From Chiloscyllium plagiosum (taxonomy: Eukaryota): 64,000 bases of DNA. The notes below the pieces were generated by a model, which was given only the letters and a program-made list of their open reading frames with translations, made no database searches and was not told the DNA's origin. Location of the stretch: assembly GCF_004010195.1 (NCBI RefSeq), contig NC_057726.1, positions 48,344,175 to 48,408,174 on the forward strand. The letters are read 5' to 3'. Below are positions 1 through 12,369 of the stretch, in pieces (position 1 is the stretch's first letter; every line of letters begins with the position of its first letter). Both the position numbers and the translations under genes were made by a program.

Positions 1-89
1 AACACTACTTCTGTTTTCCTAGAGATGTGGCTCACGAGTACACTTGTCCTAACACAGTTCAGATGTAGACTATCTCAACAGTATAGCCA

Positions 90-610
90 TCACATTCCCA
101 GGTGCGGGTGGCAATCTCCCATAAATCAGAATCCGTTTCTACTGCACCAGTCTCTCAGCCAACTATTCATTTCTCTAATCTTATTTGTCCAACACCAATT
201 TGCATAAAATCTAATCTTTGTGGTTCTATTGCTTTATTTAGTGTCTTTGTCATTGGTACCTATGTGACCATAGGGATTGAATCTTCGTCCTTCCTCCCTA
301 AGTACCCCTCTAGTTCTCAACAGATGTTCTGAACCCTGGCACTGAACAAGAAACAAGCCTTCTGAATTCTCACTCTTTGCCATAATGTCAGTTCCAATGA
401 CGATGCAGTCCCCTACTAACACTGCATTCCTCTTTGCTCCCCTGCAGTTGAATGGCTTCTTGCACCATCGTGCCATGGTCAGTTAGCTCATCCACTCTGC
501 AGACCCCACTCTCATCTAAGCATTCTGAACAAACCTCAAACCTGTTGGACAATCACAAACGCTGAGGCTCCTATACTCGAGCCCTCTGAGTGTCCTTATC
601 TGTCTCAGTA
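90..610 (-). mobile_element. Decayed CR1-type LINE ORF1 (SGNH esterase domain) fragment
   Basis: ORF 234..476(-) reads AVLVGDCIVIGTD...HIGTND, matching the GDS and GTND blocks of the CR1 ORF1 esterase. Upstream ttgtccaacaggtttgaggtt encodes LSNRFEV, typical of CR1 ORF1. Confidence 0.8.
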
Positions 611-639
611 GTGGGTCAGTAATGAAAGAGAGACACAAT

Positions 640-1212
640 TTCAGAGGAGCTGCCTTTCTGATAAGGCACTAAATTAAGGACCCATCTGCTTCGACAAGAG
701 GTCATAAAAGACACATTTGATCTTATTTTGAAGAGCAAGAAATTTTTCACCACTGTCCTGGCCAATATTTATCTCCAAGTCAATATCGCAAGCAACAAAT
801 GACTGGATCATTATCATATTGTTTTACCTGAGACTTTACTTGTGAATTCACTTCCATGTTTCCTGCATTTGGGTTCCCTTTTAAGATTGAGAAGAGGAGA
901 TTCTTTTTTCTCTAAGGGTCATAAATATGTAGAATTCTCTCCCATAGAAAGCAGTGCGGGTTGCATCACTGAAATATTCAAAGTGGTATTAGATTTTGAT
1001 TAACAAGTGAGTCAAGGGTTACAGGAGCAGACAAGAAAGTGGAGTTAAGAACACAGCCAGATCATTCATAATCTTATTGAATAGTGGAGCAAGTGTAAAT
1101 GGCCTATTCCTGCTGCTACATTCTATATTTCTATAGCAACAATAACCACATCTCAAAAATACCTTGTCGGTTTTAAAGAGCTTTCGATGATGAAAGGTAC
1201 TATGTAAATGCC
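640..1212 (+). mobile_element. Deu-domain SINE (AmnSINE1/SacSINE1-like), split by a CR1 3' fragment
   Basis: Deu core tgtcctggccaatatttatctcc...gactggatcattatcatattg at about 755-825. The L2-like tail (aaagagctttc...gaaaggtactatgtaaatgc) resumes at about 1136-1212. Confidence 0.7.
870..1135 (+). mobile_element. CR1 LINE 3' end
   Basis: ttaagattgagaagaggagattctttttt...gaattctctccca...aatggcctattcctgctgcta...ttctat, the typical shark CR1 ORF2 end and 3' UTR. Confidence 0.8.
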
Positions 1213-1424
1213 CTTCCTCACTAACACCACATGAACTGTATCATGTATTTACATTCCCTTAAAAATACCCTCATGCTGAACTTTTGTGTTTGATTATTGT
1301 TTCAGTTATAAACTGCTGTTTGTATTCACCCTCTGTTTCCTGGCTTCATTTGATCACAGTTCTTTGGACTGGTTATGGAATGTCAGCACTGCACAGGAAA
1401 AACATCAATAATACATAGAATAGA

Positions 1425-1659
1425 TCACGTTAAATCTGTTTCAGCTGGCCAAGGTAAAATTATGCCATGCAAATTTGGAAAAGAACTCGATATGGAATTC
1501 TTTTCTTGTGTAATTTCTTTCACTGAGCCAACTTCTTCCTGAGATACATACAGATCTATTTGAGTCTTATAAAAAGCATTGATTGGCTCTGTCACTGAAG
1601 ATGGCAAAGTTAATATTTTCACTGCTGCTCATTCGTCTTTTGTCTGCTGGTCTAGTTGC
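1425..1659 (-). pseudogene. Candidate terminal exon of a decayed unknown gene
   Basis: Acceptor ...atattgtttatAG at 1660-1661. The phase-2 frame reads QLDQQTKDE*AAVKILTLPSSVTEPINAFYKTQIDLYVSQ...DLT* with one internal stop, and the phase matches exon 2171-2424. Confidence 0.35.
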
Positions 1660-1724
1660 CTATAAACAATATATCTTATAAAGTAACAGACAGAATTCAA
1701 CAAAACTGGGTACACAAATGAGTT

Positions 1725-1815
1725 TTTTAAATTTTTCGTTTGTGGGATGTGGGCATTGCTGGCTGATCAGCATTTATTGCCCATCCCTTATTGGTCCAGA
1801 CAAGAAGTAGCTAGT
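1725..1815 (-). mobile_element. 3' tail of a CR1/L2-group LINE or its partner SINE
   Basis: Reverse complement of gggatgggcaataaatgctg..cagccagc..tgcccacatcccac, a tail also seen at 13262, 30650 and 49740. Confidence 0.65.
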
Positions 1816-2170
1816 TTTTACCAATGTGCAAGTCTGCATGTGGACTCTGGAATTATTTTAATCAATCTGTAGACATTGAGTAATAGGGACTAATCAATTT
1901 TTTTAAAAAACTATTTCTAATTTTATTTGAAACGTTCTTGACATTTTTTAAGATGTTATGGATTGTTTCAATTGTGCTGGTAGAATTGTCACAATTGTCA
2001 AAAATCAGGGCAGAGTTTTCAGAGCAGGTTATTGGACGTGGATTGATATGAAGCGCTCTCATTAAGGGGGAGGCTCTTAATCAAAAGATCTTGGTTTTTA
2101 ATTTTGTAGTTACAGTGTATAATTAATTTATTGCAACAATATTGTGTAAACACAGCGTAGCGGTGCTTAC

Positions 2171-2427
2171 ACTCTACTGAATGCCCTCTTTACATGTTCT
2201 ATCTGTAATCCCACTCCATGCTTATTGATCCGGTTGTTTTTGAGGAGGCTGCTTTTTGCCCCAGTAGGTGTACTTTTTGACACTTAATGTGTGAACGTCC
2301 TTGTCATCATATCAAGAGCTTCTTGCTTGGATCGAGTCCATTTTTCTGGAAGGTTTTGATTCCCCTCCCCACAGATTTCCACAGAGGTTGTCCTGATCTC
2401 CCACAGTGACCACAGTAAAAAGAGCTA
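2171..2427 (-). pseudogene. Candidate internal exon of a decayed unknown gene
   Basis: Strong acceptor gttcatgtttttttcCAG/TAG (NAGNAG, 2425-2430) and donor AGT|GTAAGC (2165-2170). One frame is open for 84 codons except for a single TAA: ...EICGEGNQNLPEKWTRSKQEALDMMTRTFTH*VSKSTPTGAKSSLLKNNRINKHGVGLQIEHVKRAFSRV. Confidence 0.4.
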
Positions 2428-4254
2428 CTGGAAAAAAACATGAACAGATTTAAGTGGCAGAAACATGTAGATTCATGTTCAGTTTTGACCCCTATACGAA
2501 TAAGGCTTGAAGCATGATTTTGTATTATTTGCTTTGATGTCTTAGAGTCAATTGAGGAATAGCAGACACATAGCTATGATTTCCTAATTTAGTTTTATGG
2601 TGATAGTTGGACTCATGTCAAGAAACAGTGGATCAGCCAAATTCAGAAGTGGAATAGTTATGCATATAGGGCATTTTATACTTTTCACTGCGACAGAAAT
2701 AACAGTGGATTTTGTACCATGCTTCTGGTTCTCCAGCTGAATTCTATGCTATCAATTTCAATACTCACTTGAAACAAAGAACATTTGTGCATTGTAGGGC
2801 AACAGTCCAAACAAAACAGACAATATCTATTTTGTTGCAATTCTAGATTATACATATGTACAATAAAGAAAGGTTTTAGGTGCACTTTGGGTGGCCACTA
2901 TTGGCAACACAACAATTTAAAACTGCTTGGCTGGAAATGGATATGTTCCATTTTCTTTTCTAATATTGAAAATTCAAGCGGACATACTGAAAAGCACAGT
3001 AGAAGGAACATAAATCGTGCACTTGAGTACAAATATGCATTAGCTGCTTCTGAACATAAAATCAAATCTTGTATGTTAATAAGTAACATGAGATGGCCAC
3101 ACATTGGAGTAAAAAAGCTTTAAGTGGTGCCTTCTATTTACATAGGCTGATTCAAGTTTCACACAATATTTGAATTTACACTATTTAAGAACAACATTTT
3201 TTAAATTCTTGTCATTTTAAAGAGTTTGTGGATTGTGTAGACAGTGCAGAACATGGGGAGAGATGTTGATTTCGGAGGTGTATCAGAGAGCTGAACGAGA
3301 TTCGTTGAATTTGGCCTTCTCCAACAAAATAAATATCAAATCAGAAACCATGCTGTCATGTGGTGTCTCTGAATTTACTTTACCAGCAATCAAATAACAC
3401 TCAACATTGTCTTTAGATCAATGCATTAACAATAGAAAATAAACTCTCTCAAAGATTCTTACATTCTCCAAAGGAAATCTGACTCTGCCATTTAGACAAA
3501 GAGAGGTAAAATAACCAGAAGAAAATCAAAGAGCCATGTGACTGGGAATCAAGGAGATTATATGTTTCATTTATTGCAGGGTTTAGACCCTCAATCACTA
3601 CATGAAAGCCACATTTGTATTCAAATACCTGCAAGGCAGAGGAAGCTTGTTCAAGTATAGTAGATTTAGGTTACAGCTTTTATGGAGGAGTTGAGAGATC
3701 TGAGCCCACCTTTTAGTTAACATGCTCCAAGCAGCACTAGGTTTCACTGATATACTGTTCCATTTGATCCTTTTCTTTACAATTTCATTTTGGAAGTACC
3801 CCTTGAGCTAAAAGAAAATAGTTACAAAACATCTAAACATCTTGATATTAAATCTGAAAATGGCATTTTACAAAGACAAGAGAGTATTTATTCATGTAAA
3901 ATCTGCACAATGTTCTCTTGCAATGTAATACTGAGCCTTTTCTTACAACCGTAGATATACATAGTGCGTAAGAAAAAGGTGATGCAGATGTTACAAAAGA
4001 AAAGAAGGTTTAAAGAAAATCATATTTTTAAATGCTGTAGTAAACAGTGAATCAACAAAAATGGTCAAAACGCTTTAAAGTGTTTTACTAAGAGCAATAC
4101 AATTAATGCACACATAAAATTACAACATGCGGTAAATATCCCAACTACATTTTATAAAAAGAGAGCTTAGAGTACATTTTTAGTACATAGTCGGTTGTTA
4201 AGGAGACTACATTCCTTGGTCTAAAATTCAATTACTGCTTGATCTGGCACTTCA

Positions 4255-4385
4255 CAGAAGACCACAGGGATGTTTCTGTCAACATAGATACTGTAACACA
4301 CCACAGGGTATAACTGTCAAGCAGAGCCATAAGCACAGTACAGAATATCACTGTCAACACTAAGGACAAATAGGGCACACAGGAG
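4255..4385. repeat. Degenerate tandem repeat, about 37-38 bp unit, about 3 copies
   Basis: CTGTCAA recurs at 4276, 4314 and 4351, each preceded by a cacag(g)-like motif. Confidence 0.55.
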
Positions 4386-4679
4386 TTTTTATGAGGTTTG
4401 ATGGCAGTGGCAGAAATGCCAGAGAAACTCTAGACCTTGTTCTAGTTGACATGATTCCTATTATACAATAGAACTCTGACCTATCTGATCCAAATTACCT
4501 GGATTCAGTTCAACTGTTCTGTCCACTTACACAGGCATCCACCAGTACTGACATGAAGAGAATCATCTCACATTAGCCACAGAGACATGTCCGGGTAAGA
4601 TGTTTGACATAGTTGTAACACATATACTGTACTTCATATTGCTTTTTGTTGTTCCAAATAGAATAAGACTTGTTTTAAA

Positions 4680-4980
4680 ATTCTTTCGTGGCACGTGGGC
4701 TTGCTGGCTGCCATCCCCAATTGTCCTTGAAAACATGGCGGTGAGCTGCCTTCTTGAACTGCAGCAGTCTGTTGAGGGATTGTTACACCCACTGTGCTGG
4801 CATGGAGGGGAAATTGCAGGTACTGATCCTCCAAAGTTTCTGCTGCTCTTGTCCTTTCCGGTAGTTTATCTGTTAGGTTTGGAAGGTGCTGTAAACACGC
4901 CATTGATGAGTTGCTGCAAGGCACTTTGTAGAGGATACATATTATTACTACCACAATTTGTCAGTGGTGGAAGAGTGAAT
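4680..4980 (-). mobile_element. 3' end of a CR1/L2-group LINE (same family as 49738-51325)
   Basis: gtgggcttgctggctgcc..ccccaattgtccttga..ggtgagctgccttcttgaactgcagcagtc aligns by eye with 49755-49840. Confidence 0.7.
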
Positions 4981-4984
4981 CTCA

Positions 4985-5500
4985 AAGACCATATAGGAAC
5001 TAAAATAGGCCAGTTGGCTCTTTGAATCTATTCCGTCATTCAATGAGATCATGGCTAATCTGATAATGCGCAGCTCCACTTTCCTGCCTTATCCCCCAGC
5101 ACTTGATTTTATTGGACTGAAGGGTTTGTTTCGTGCTCTATGGTTCCATGACTCTATATCCTACATTTAAGTCTAAATTATTAATTTACACCACAAACAG
5201 CAATGGCCCCAATAGTGAGTTCTGTTGAATCCCACTGGAAACAGACATACAGTAACAGAAACATCCTTCCACCATCACTCTCTGCTTCCTGCTTCTCAGC
5301 CAATTTTAGATGCTATGCTTGGATCCCATAGGGTCTTACTTCCTTCACCAGTCTGCCATTGAGAGACCTTATTGAATGCCTTGCAAAATCCATGTAGACC
5401 ACATCAAATGCATTACTTTGATCATAACCCCTGGTTAACTCCTCAAAAAACTCGAACAAATTTTTCTAACACAGCCTTCCCTTAACAAATCCATGCTAAA
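4985..5500 (-). mobile_element. CR1 LINE fragments (3' UTR and RT domain)
   Basis: The minus strand gives the RT motif ...YMDFAKAFNKV.. (ttattgaatgccttgcaaaatccatgtagacc) and a GPLLF-like segment. Confidence 0.75.
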
Positions 5501-5887
5501 CTTATACATTACTGCTTCATTCTAAGGTCTGCTTGACACTACTCTTGCAAAGCCCTTCTACTCTCTCTATTTGATAGCATTGGTACCCCACTTGATAGTG
5601 ATGAATGAGTGAGGGTTGGGCCTGTGATTGTTATAGTTTACAGTGTTGCATAATTGTACTACTGTTAATGATACACAGCATATTAATCATGCTACTAGAT
5701 TCACCCTCTATTACCTTCTTCTTAATGGATCCGGCTTTGGGGTAAGATGGAGCATTCTCAAAAGTGATGGAGAAGCCAAAGCTGTGAGTGGATTAAGTAC
5801 AAGGAAATTAGGCATAACTAATTATTGAAGCAGTTGTCCAAACATTTTAGGTTTGGTTATCTTGTGAATTGAAGATCAATTTACATG

Positions 5888-6186
5888 CAGCACATTGGCT
5901 TAGTAGTTAGCACTGCTGCCTCACAGCGGCAGGGACCCGGGTTCGATTTCCACCTCGAGCAACTGTCTGTGTGGAGTTTGTACATTCTCCCTGTGACTGT
6001 ATAGGTTTCTTCCCACAATCCAAAGATGTGCAGACCAGGTAAATTGGTATGCTAAATTGCTCATAAGGTTAGTTGCATTAGTCTGGGGTAAATATAGAGT
6101 AGGGATTTGGGTGAGTTAATCTTCAGAGGATCAGTGTGGACTTGTTGGACCAAATGGCCTGTTTCCATACTATTGGAATCTAATCT
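5888..6186 (+). mobile_element. HE1 / V-SINE (tRNA-derived), full length
   Basis: A box tggcttagtagttagc, B box gggttcgatttcc, V-domain ctgtgtggagtttgtacattctccc, and CR1-derived tail ggcctgtttccatact...atctaatct. Confidence 0.9.
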
Positions 6187-6510
6187 ACATCATAACCAAA
6201 AGTGTTGACATTCAATCCAAATAAAATAAACTTTGCACCTCTTACTCAACGTAGATTTGTAGAAATCTGCCCACAGGGTTGGTCATTTTCACTTTGTATT
6301 GCAAGTAAAAATAACAAGGAAACAACAATGAAAATGCACATTGTACTGTAAATATTAGCTCTTTTGTTATTAGGATGTTTTGTAATGCAGAGATAGTGTC
6401 ATTACCACTGCACCATAAATTCTGTGTTCAAGTCCCATCTAAAGACTTGAGGGATACTGAAGATGCATCCTAATACAGTCAAACAGGTTCATTAACAATG
6501 TGTAAATCCT

Positions 6511-6581
6511 TGAGGAGAAAGTGAGGTCTGCAGATGCTGGAGATCAGAGCTGGAAATGTGTTGCTGGAAAAGCGCAGCAGG
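6511..6581. mobile_element. Short Penelope-like terminal fragment (family A) with 15-bp TSD
   Basis: gaggagaaagtgaggtctgcagatgctggagatcagag...ctggaaaagcgcagcagg, flanked by caatgtgtaaatcct at 6496-6510 and 6582-6596. Confidence 0.8.
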
Positions 6582-6644
6582 CAATGTGTAAATCCTGCCA
6601 ATCAAGGATCATAATGGGGTTCTGGTCAGACAGAACCCCATTAT

Positions 6645-6840
6645 CATAGAATCACAGAATCCCTGCAGTGCAGAAGCAGGCCATTCAGCTCACCCAGTCC
6701 ACACTGACCCTCCGAAGAGCATCCCATCCAGACTCACCCCTACCCTGTCCCCGTAACCCTTCATTTCCCATGGCTAATCCACCTAATCTGCACATTCCTG
6801 GACACTATGGTAATTTAGCATGCCAATCCAACTAACCTGC
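6645..6840 (-). mobile_element. HE1 / V-SINE, 5'-truncated
   Basis: catagaatc...gaagcaggccattcagc...ccatggctaatccacctaatctgcaca...aatttagcatgccaatcca is the reverse complement of the HE1 3' half. Confidence 0.85.
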
Positions 6841-8805
6841 AGTAATGGCTACAGTGCAACATCCTCCACATGTGAAAAGACTCCACATGCAGATTCCAGC
6901 AAATGTTTATTTTGTTTTCTGAATGTTTTCCCCCGTCCTTAAGGTACTGGCTGATGCTGGTGCGGCTCCTCAGGCAGCACCAGCATTCTTATGCCTTGTC
7001 AATGTTGCCCTTCTTCACATCAAAATCAGGACAAACGAGTATTTGTGAACTACTTAACTGCAGTAGCAAGAACAGCTGAGTCTAACCTGAACTTTGCTAA
7101 TTATTGATGCACATCAGCAGCAAGAGAATAATAAGCAGGAGGAGTCCTGAAAAGCTTTTCTATCCTGTACAAGGGATGTTAAAGATGGAATATGTTAATG
7201 ATACCCAAGCATCTGTAATTCACACAGGAAATCAAACCTGGACTCTTCCTACTATTTATAACACAGTTCTTATCCTTGGCAAATAACTGTAGATCTCTGG
7301 AATAGCATCAACTCAGAGTTTAATCTAAATTCACTTCCTTCAGGCATTTTAAAAAAATGGTTCTAATGCATCCCTCTCCTTTCATATCAAGATATTTCAT
7401 TGTGTTTGATGAAATGACTGAAGCAGGATAAACATAAAAGTGTTGTATAAACAAAAGATTAAAGCCGCAATGGTGACATAATGCATGGGAAAAGCTGAGT
7501 GGATGAATGACAAAGCAACAGGAGCTGGCAAAGCAGTGAAGTGGATAGTAAGGTCATGGAGCATCTCTGCCCTGGCTTGGTATGTTAATTAACTAACTGT
7601 CAAGTGATGCCAAGCCCTAATGCAAAATTCAGTGGGCAAACTGTCTTTTCAACAAAGTTCAAAATTGGAAAGCAAAAACTCAATTTTTGTGATCTCCACA
7701 AAGCATTTAGTAAAGATTATAGAATAAGTCAAAACATGTTAAAACCTATAATGTCTTGTTCACTATCTTAATTCTCATTGAATTTTCTTTCTTGTTTACT
7801 GAAGATGAATACTGAATACATATCACAGTGTAATTACAACACACTGCAGAATGTAAGCACCTTTTTTTCCTGAAATTGTTCTTTCACTATTTTAGCAGTG
7901 ATGCCAACTCATTTATGTAAAGTAGGTTAAAACTAGCTTCCATTGTGTAATTTCAAAATCGATGTAAAAGTTGATGAGATAATTTTAATTTTCACATTTT
8001 AATTTGAAAAGCATTTGGTGAGGATATTTAATTCATGTCACTAATTTATGCCACTAACAAAATTTAAGTCTTTTCTCCTTTATCAGTACTCAACAAGAGG
8101 GGACTTAAATTTGTGACCTTTTCTTTTAGAAAGTCTGCATTAATTCCAAGTCTTTGTTTCAGATACCTGAACCATCACTACCTGAACCTTGAACTCTTCT
8201 ACTGAAACTGGTGATAGCATCAGCTCTGACCTTGTCTTCTAATAACTCACATCAAACAACAAGGTTATTTGAACTGCTAACTCAAATGGAGAACTTTATT
8301 AAAACTGTGTGGTGAACCCTACCTCACACCAACAACTTAAATGGTTGCAGAGAAACCGCCAGAAGAAAACATTTAAGCAATTTCATAGCTTTCACACAGA
8401 GTAAAACAGCCTAAGGCAGAAGAAAGTTGACACTGAACCAATTTTGTGAATTGTTAATAATGATTTTTAATATATGCCAGTGTGTTCAAATTTCTCCCTG
8501 GAACTATAGAACCTACTTTGTTCTATAGGTAAGAATGGTTGATAACTACTTCTCTTATGTTAGAGCTGCCAGTCAAAATAGTGACTGTAACAATTAATGT
8601 TCTTGTGGTTAATTAATCCAAATGCAAATTCAATAGTCAAAATAACAGAAAAAAGCTGGTTAATAAAGATGCATTTGTAATCATGTTCTTTTTTCCACTT
8701 TTCAATCAGTTATCAAGATCCCAACAAAAGATAAAAAAAAAAGCCTGAAATTATGGAATGCAGAAGAGTGACTAAATGTTGGAACAATGTTGACCATCCA
8801 ATATG

Positions 8806-8989
8806 AGGAGGAGAAAGTGAGGACTGCAGATGCTGGAGATCAGAGACAAAAAGTGGTGCTGGAAAAGCACAGCAGGTCAGGCAGCATCTAAGGAGCAGGA
8901 GAGTCGATGTTTCGGGCATAAGGCCTTGAACATCGACTCTGCTGCTCCTCAGATGCTGCCTGACCTGCTGTGCTTTTCCAGGGTCACAC
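8806..8989. mobile_element. Fold-back Penelope-like insertion (family A) with 15-bp TSD
   Basis: Inverted arms ctggaaaagcacagcaggtcaggcagcatct / agatgctgcctgacctgctgtgcttttccag. TSD tgaccatccaatatg at 8791-8805 and 8990-9004. Confidence 0.85.
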
Positions 8990-9719
8990 TGACCATCCAA
9001 TATGTAACATAGGGCAGGATTTCCCCCCCACTGGTGTGGTAACAGTGATGGCAAGTGAGGTGACTAAAGAGGGAGAGAGTTTTTTTAAAAGTCAGATTCT
9101 CGACAGTAAGAAAACCTAATACAATTTTCCTCTCAAGTCTTAACTGATAATCTCAGAATCTCTTTCTTGAGTGGAAACTGCTAGTTCTCTGTATTTGCAG
9201 ATCACAAATACCCCACTTCCTGTATTCACATTGCATTTCCAATTCCCCTCTTCACCAGTGAGAAATTATATGTAACAAATTCCTGACGGGTAAAATAGAG
9301 CAGGTACCTGGTGGCTGTGGCTTGCCAGATATTGGTCCCAGCCATCAATCAACAGCATCTTCTACATAATATCCCTGCACGATCCATGGCTGCCATCCCC
9401 CTTGATCCTCCTTGATCCTCCATCCACCCATCTCGGCATTGGCAATCCATCATCCTCACCACATCATTAAAGGTGCTCTCACACTGATGCAGTTCCCATT
9501 ATAGTCCCCATTATACACACTCTCGGAAAGCTTGAGGTTTGTCAAAATGCTTTTCCTTTCCTAAAACTGAGGAAAGCTGAGTCAGCCAAAATGTGTTCGT
9601 TTCCTGATTGCCCTGTTGTCATGAGATTCAAGATTCCAGCACTTTCTCTGCTAAGAAATTTGATGACATTCAGAGGAAACATGGACAAATAATTGTCAAA
9701 GAAATTGAGTGAGGCTGAC

Positions 9720-9955
9720 GGCTCAGTGCAGGGATCTCAACTTTTTAACCATTTATATAAGTGATTTGGATGAAGGGATGGAATGTATGGTAGGTAATTT
9801 TGCTAAATACTGAAAGGCAACTAGGAAATTAAGTTGAAAAAAGTTGTATTAAGGTTGATACAGAGCAGTATGGATGATTTCAGTGAATGGAGAAAAATCT
9901 GGTAAATTGAGTACAATTCAGAAAAAAGCTAAATTATCCACTTTAGCAGGATAAG
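9720..9955 (+). mobile_element. CR1 RT fragment
   Basis: ggctcagtgcagggatctcaactttt..atttatataagtgatttggatgaaggg (GSV.GPQLF.IYI.DLDEG-like). Confidence 0.7.
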
Positions 9956-11019
9956 CAATATATGCTGGCCTAACCAATGTTGCCTAGATCCTGTGAACTA
10001 ATAAAAAACTCAACTATGCAAAGATTATTGGCAATAGAAGATTTAGACTGTACAAAGATAGGTATGGATTATATATTGAACATCCAAAATTCAACATGAG
10101 ACAAGCAGAGCTAACAAATGAATGATGGTTGAGCATCCTACAGACCATATAAACTAGCAAAGCAATCAAACCGATTCCATGGATTTCTCATCAATTGCCC
10201 GGAGATGTTAGTGACATTGTGTGTTATCAAATCGCATTATGACTTCCCAAAGAGTTATGATTCTTCACTTTCAATGACCTGGCCTTGAAACCCCCTTACA
10301 AACTACTGTCACGGACCATCTCCATAATGCTCACTTCTGGTTGTGCACCTCCCCTTCCTGCACTATACTCTCCTGGATTCTTGAAAACTGCTCTGTATCA
10401 CTTCCACACAGGCACAATTCCAACTATTCTCAAGCAGTGAGCTTCAACAAGCCAGTACCCAACAGGATGTGTTTCCTGAGCTCTAGTTTAATTCACATAA
10501 CAAATACTACTTACGGAGTTTCAAACCCATTCTCTGTAGTACTGAACTATTAGTTTTGCACCAGACTCTTCTGAGCCCTTCATATGACATGGAGCTCCCT
10601 GATCTCTCATTATTCAACTGTTCTGGAGATTCCTGAATCTAAACAATACAGAATAATTGCTTTTGCAGCATAGCTAACAGCAGTCTTGTTCATTATGGAG
10701 TTTGCCTCCCTCCCTCTCTCTTTCTCGCTCCATCTCTAACTGACAGTATTATTCTGCGACCCCTTTGAGTGACCGATTAAAAATCTTGCAACAAATCCTG
10801 CCCCATTGCAAGATAGAATCAATTGTAACTACTCTTTTAAAACTATTAAATGTAGCAATCTTTCGAAATTCTCAATTCTTTAAATGTTACTATTTTCACA
10901 GAAAGCTAGCTTATTACAGAATGCTTACAAGTAATACGAAAGGAATTGGTCATGCATAATAGATCATGTGAAATTATCCTTGTTAACCCAGATTGAGATT
11001 TCAAGAAATGGTTGAGAGC

Positions 11020-11250
11020 AACGAATACAACAAAGTTGCGGGCCAGCCAATACTAATCCCACAATCAAATCATAAGAACAGATTGTCTAGTCAGTATTAC
11101 ATTTGGTGTTTGTGGTAAATGGTTGAGTAAAGTTGGCTGCTCTGTTTCAAAAATTATAGCATCGACCATACTTCGAAAGAACTAAGTTGGTTGCAAAGTG
11201 CTTAGTGATGCCTGGTGGTTGTAAAAAGCACTGTGTAAATGCAAATCAAT
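11020..11250 (+). mobile_element. Deu-domain SINE 3' half
   Basis: cagattgtctagtcagtattacatttggtgtttgtgg...ttggctgctctgtttc...aaagtgctt...aaaagcactgtgtaaatgcaa. Confidence 0.7.
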
Positions 11251-12369
11251 TTTTTAAACTGGTCTTTGCTCCTTCAAGCTGTTTATTAAAGCTTACAGAC
11301 AGAATCATATAGGGGTCGGGGTGATGTGGGCCATTATGAGATGTGTGACAAAACTGAGGAACAAGTGCAGAGAGGACCACCTTGAGGTCAATCTCATTTC
11401 ACTCTATCTTTTAAGATTTTGACACATGGTACGGCGAGATTCTTGCTGGGCAGTGGCGAGAGGCCAATTGATGTACAGTGACACTTGTTAAACATCTTGT
11501 CAATAATACTACTTGTATCATCGAGCATCCCATTTTATCAACCTTGCCAAGCCAACTCAGTGTTGAGGAAACTCAATAAGGAAACCAGAGCATGTAGCTG
11601 GCAGATTCAGCTCACCACTCGCTCCAAACATGTCACTTCATCTCAGAGCACAATCCACAGGTACCAGCCATAAGCACCCTTTGTTTACAGACATTGGTAT
11701 CCATCATCTACCCACAATATGTAACCATCATCACACCTTTCCAATACACTTCCAGGTAGCACAGGAAGCACAGAATTCCTTATTGGGTGTACCATCAGCT
11801 AGCATTAAGAAGGCTGCAGGGCACACATGGACATACAGCCAGCTCACAGGATACAGCAAACTGCATCGTAAGGTTGCAGACTTAGAGCTTGCACACTGTA
11901 TGCCTACCTGCATGCTCATAACATCCATGCCCTACCTTGCCCTATCTTGACCTATCTGTTAACGCATTGACAATTCGGCCAGAGCCAAAGTCTATCACTA
12001 TTGCAGTATTGAGAAGCTCTTTAGTGCAGACACACAGAGAGGTTTCTGGTCAGTAAGGATCAGTCTGGGGATGTGGACATCATGCTGTAGGGCACACCAC
12101 AATATCAATATATCTTCACTAGCATATACCAGCTGCCTGTTTGGCAAACATGATGAAAATTAATTCAACATGGCAATGTAAGAAAGTGGGTGGGGGCTAA
12201 TTATCAGTACAGTTGGCGGAGGGGGCTGCGTTGTAATTGGTCTCAGAATCTCAAAACAGGGGCATAGGGGCTTTGCATCGTCAATCATCCACTTGGGATG
12301 CTCACAGTCAGGGGATTTGACCCAGTACAGTCTCGGATGAGGGTGGGGGCGGTGTTCAGCTATCAGTCC

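Noticed and set aside
2295..2350. EKWTRSKQEAL resembles the PIN1/parvulin motif EKITRTKEEAL
   Set aside because: No other parvulin motifs flank it, so the short match is probably coincidental.
4600..5025. 141-aa hydrophobic ORF
   Set aside because: Antisense reading of a LINE 3' end.
7900..8592. Possible old LTR ending in gtgactgtaaca
   Set aside because: No matching 5' terminus, PBS or TSD could be identified.
8806..8989. Fold-back hairpins as miRNA precursors or DNA-transposon MITEs
   Set aside because: Asymmetric arms, variable axes, variable 12-15 bp TSDs and hammerhead motifs fit Penelope-like retrotransposition better.
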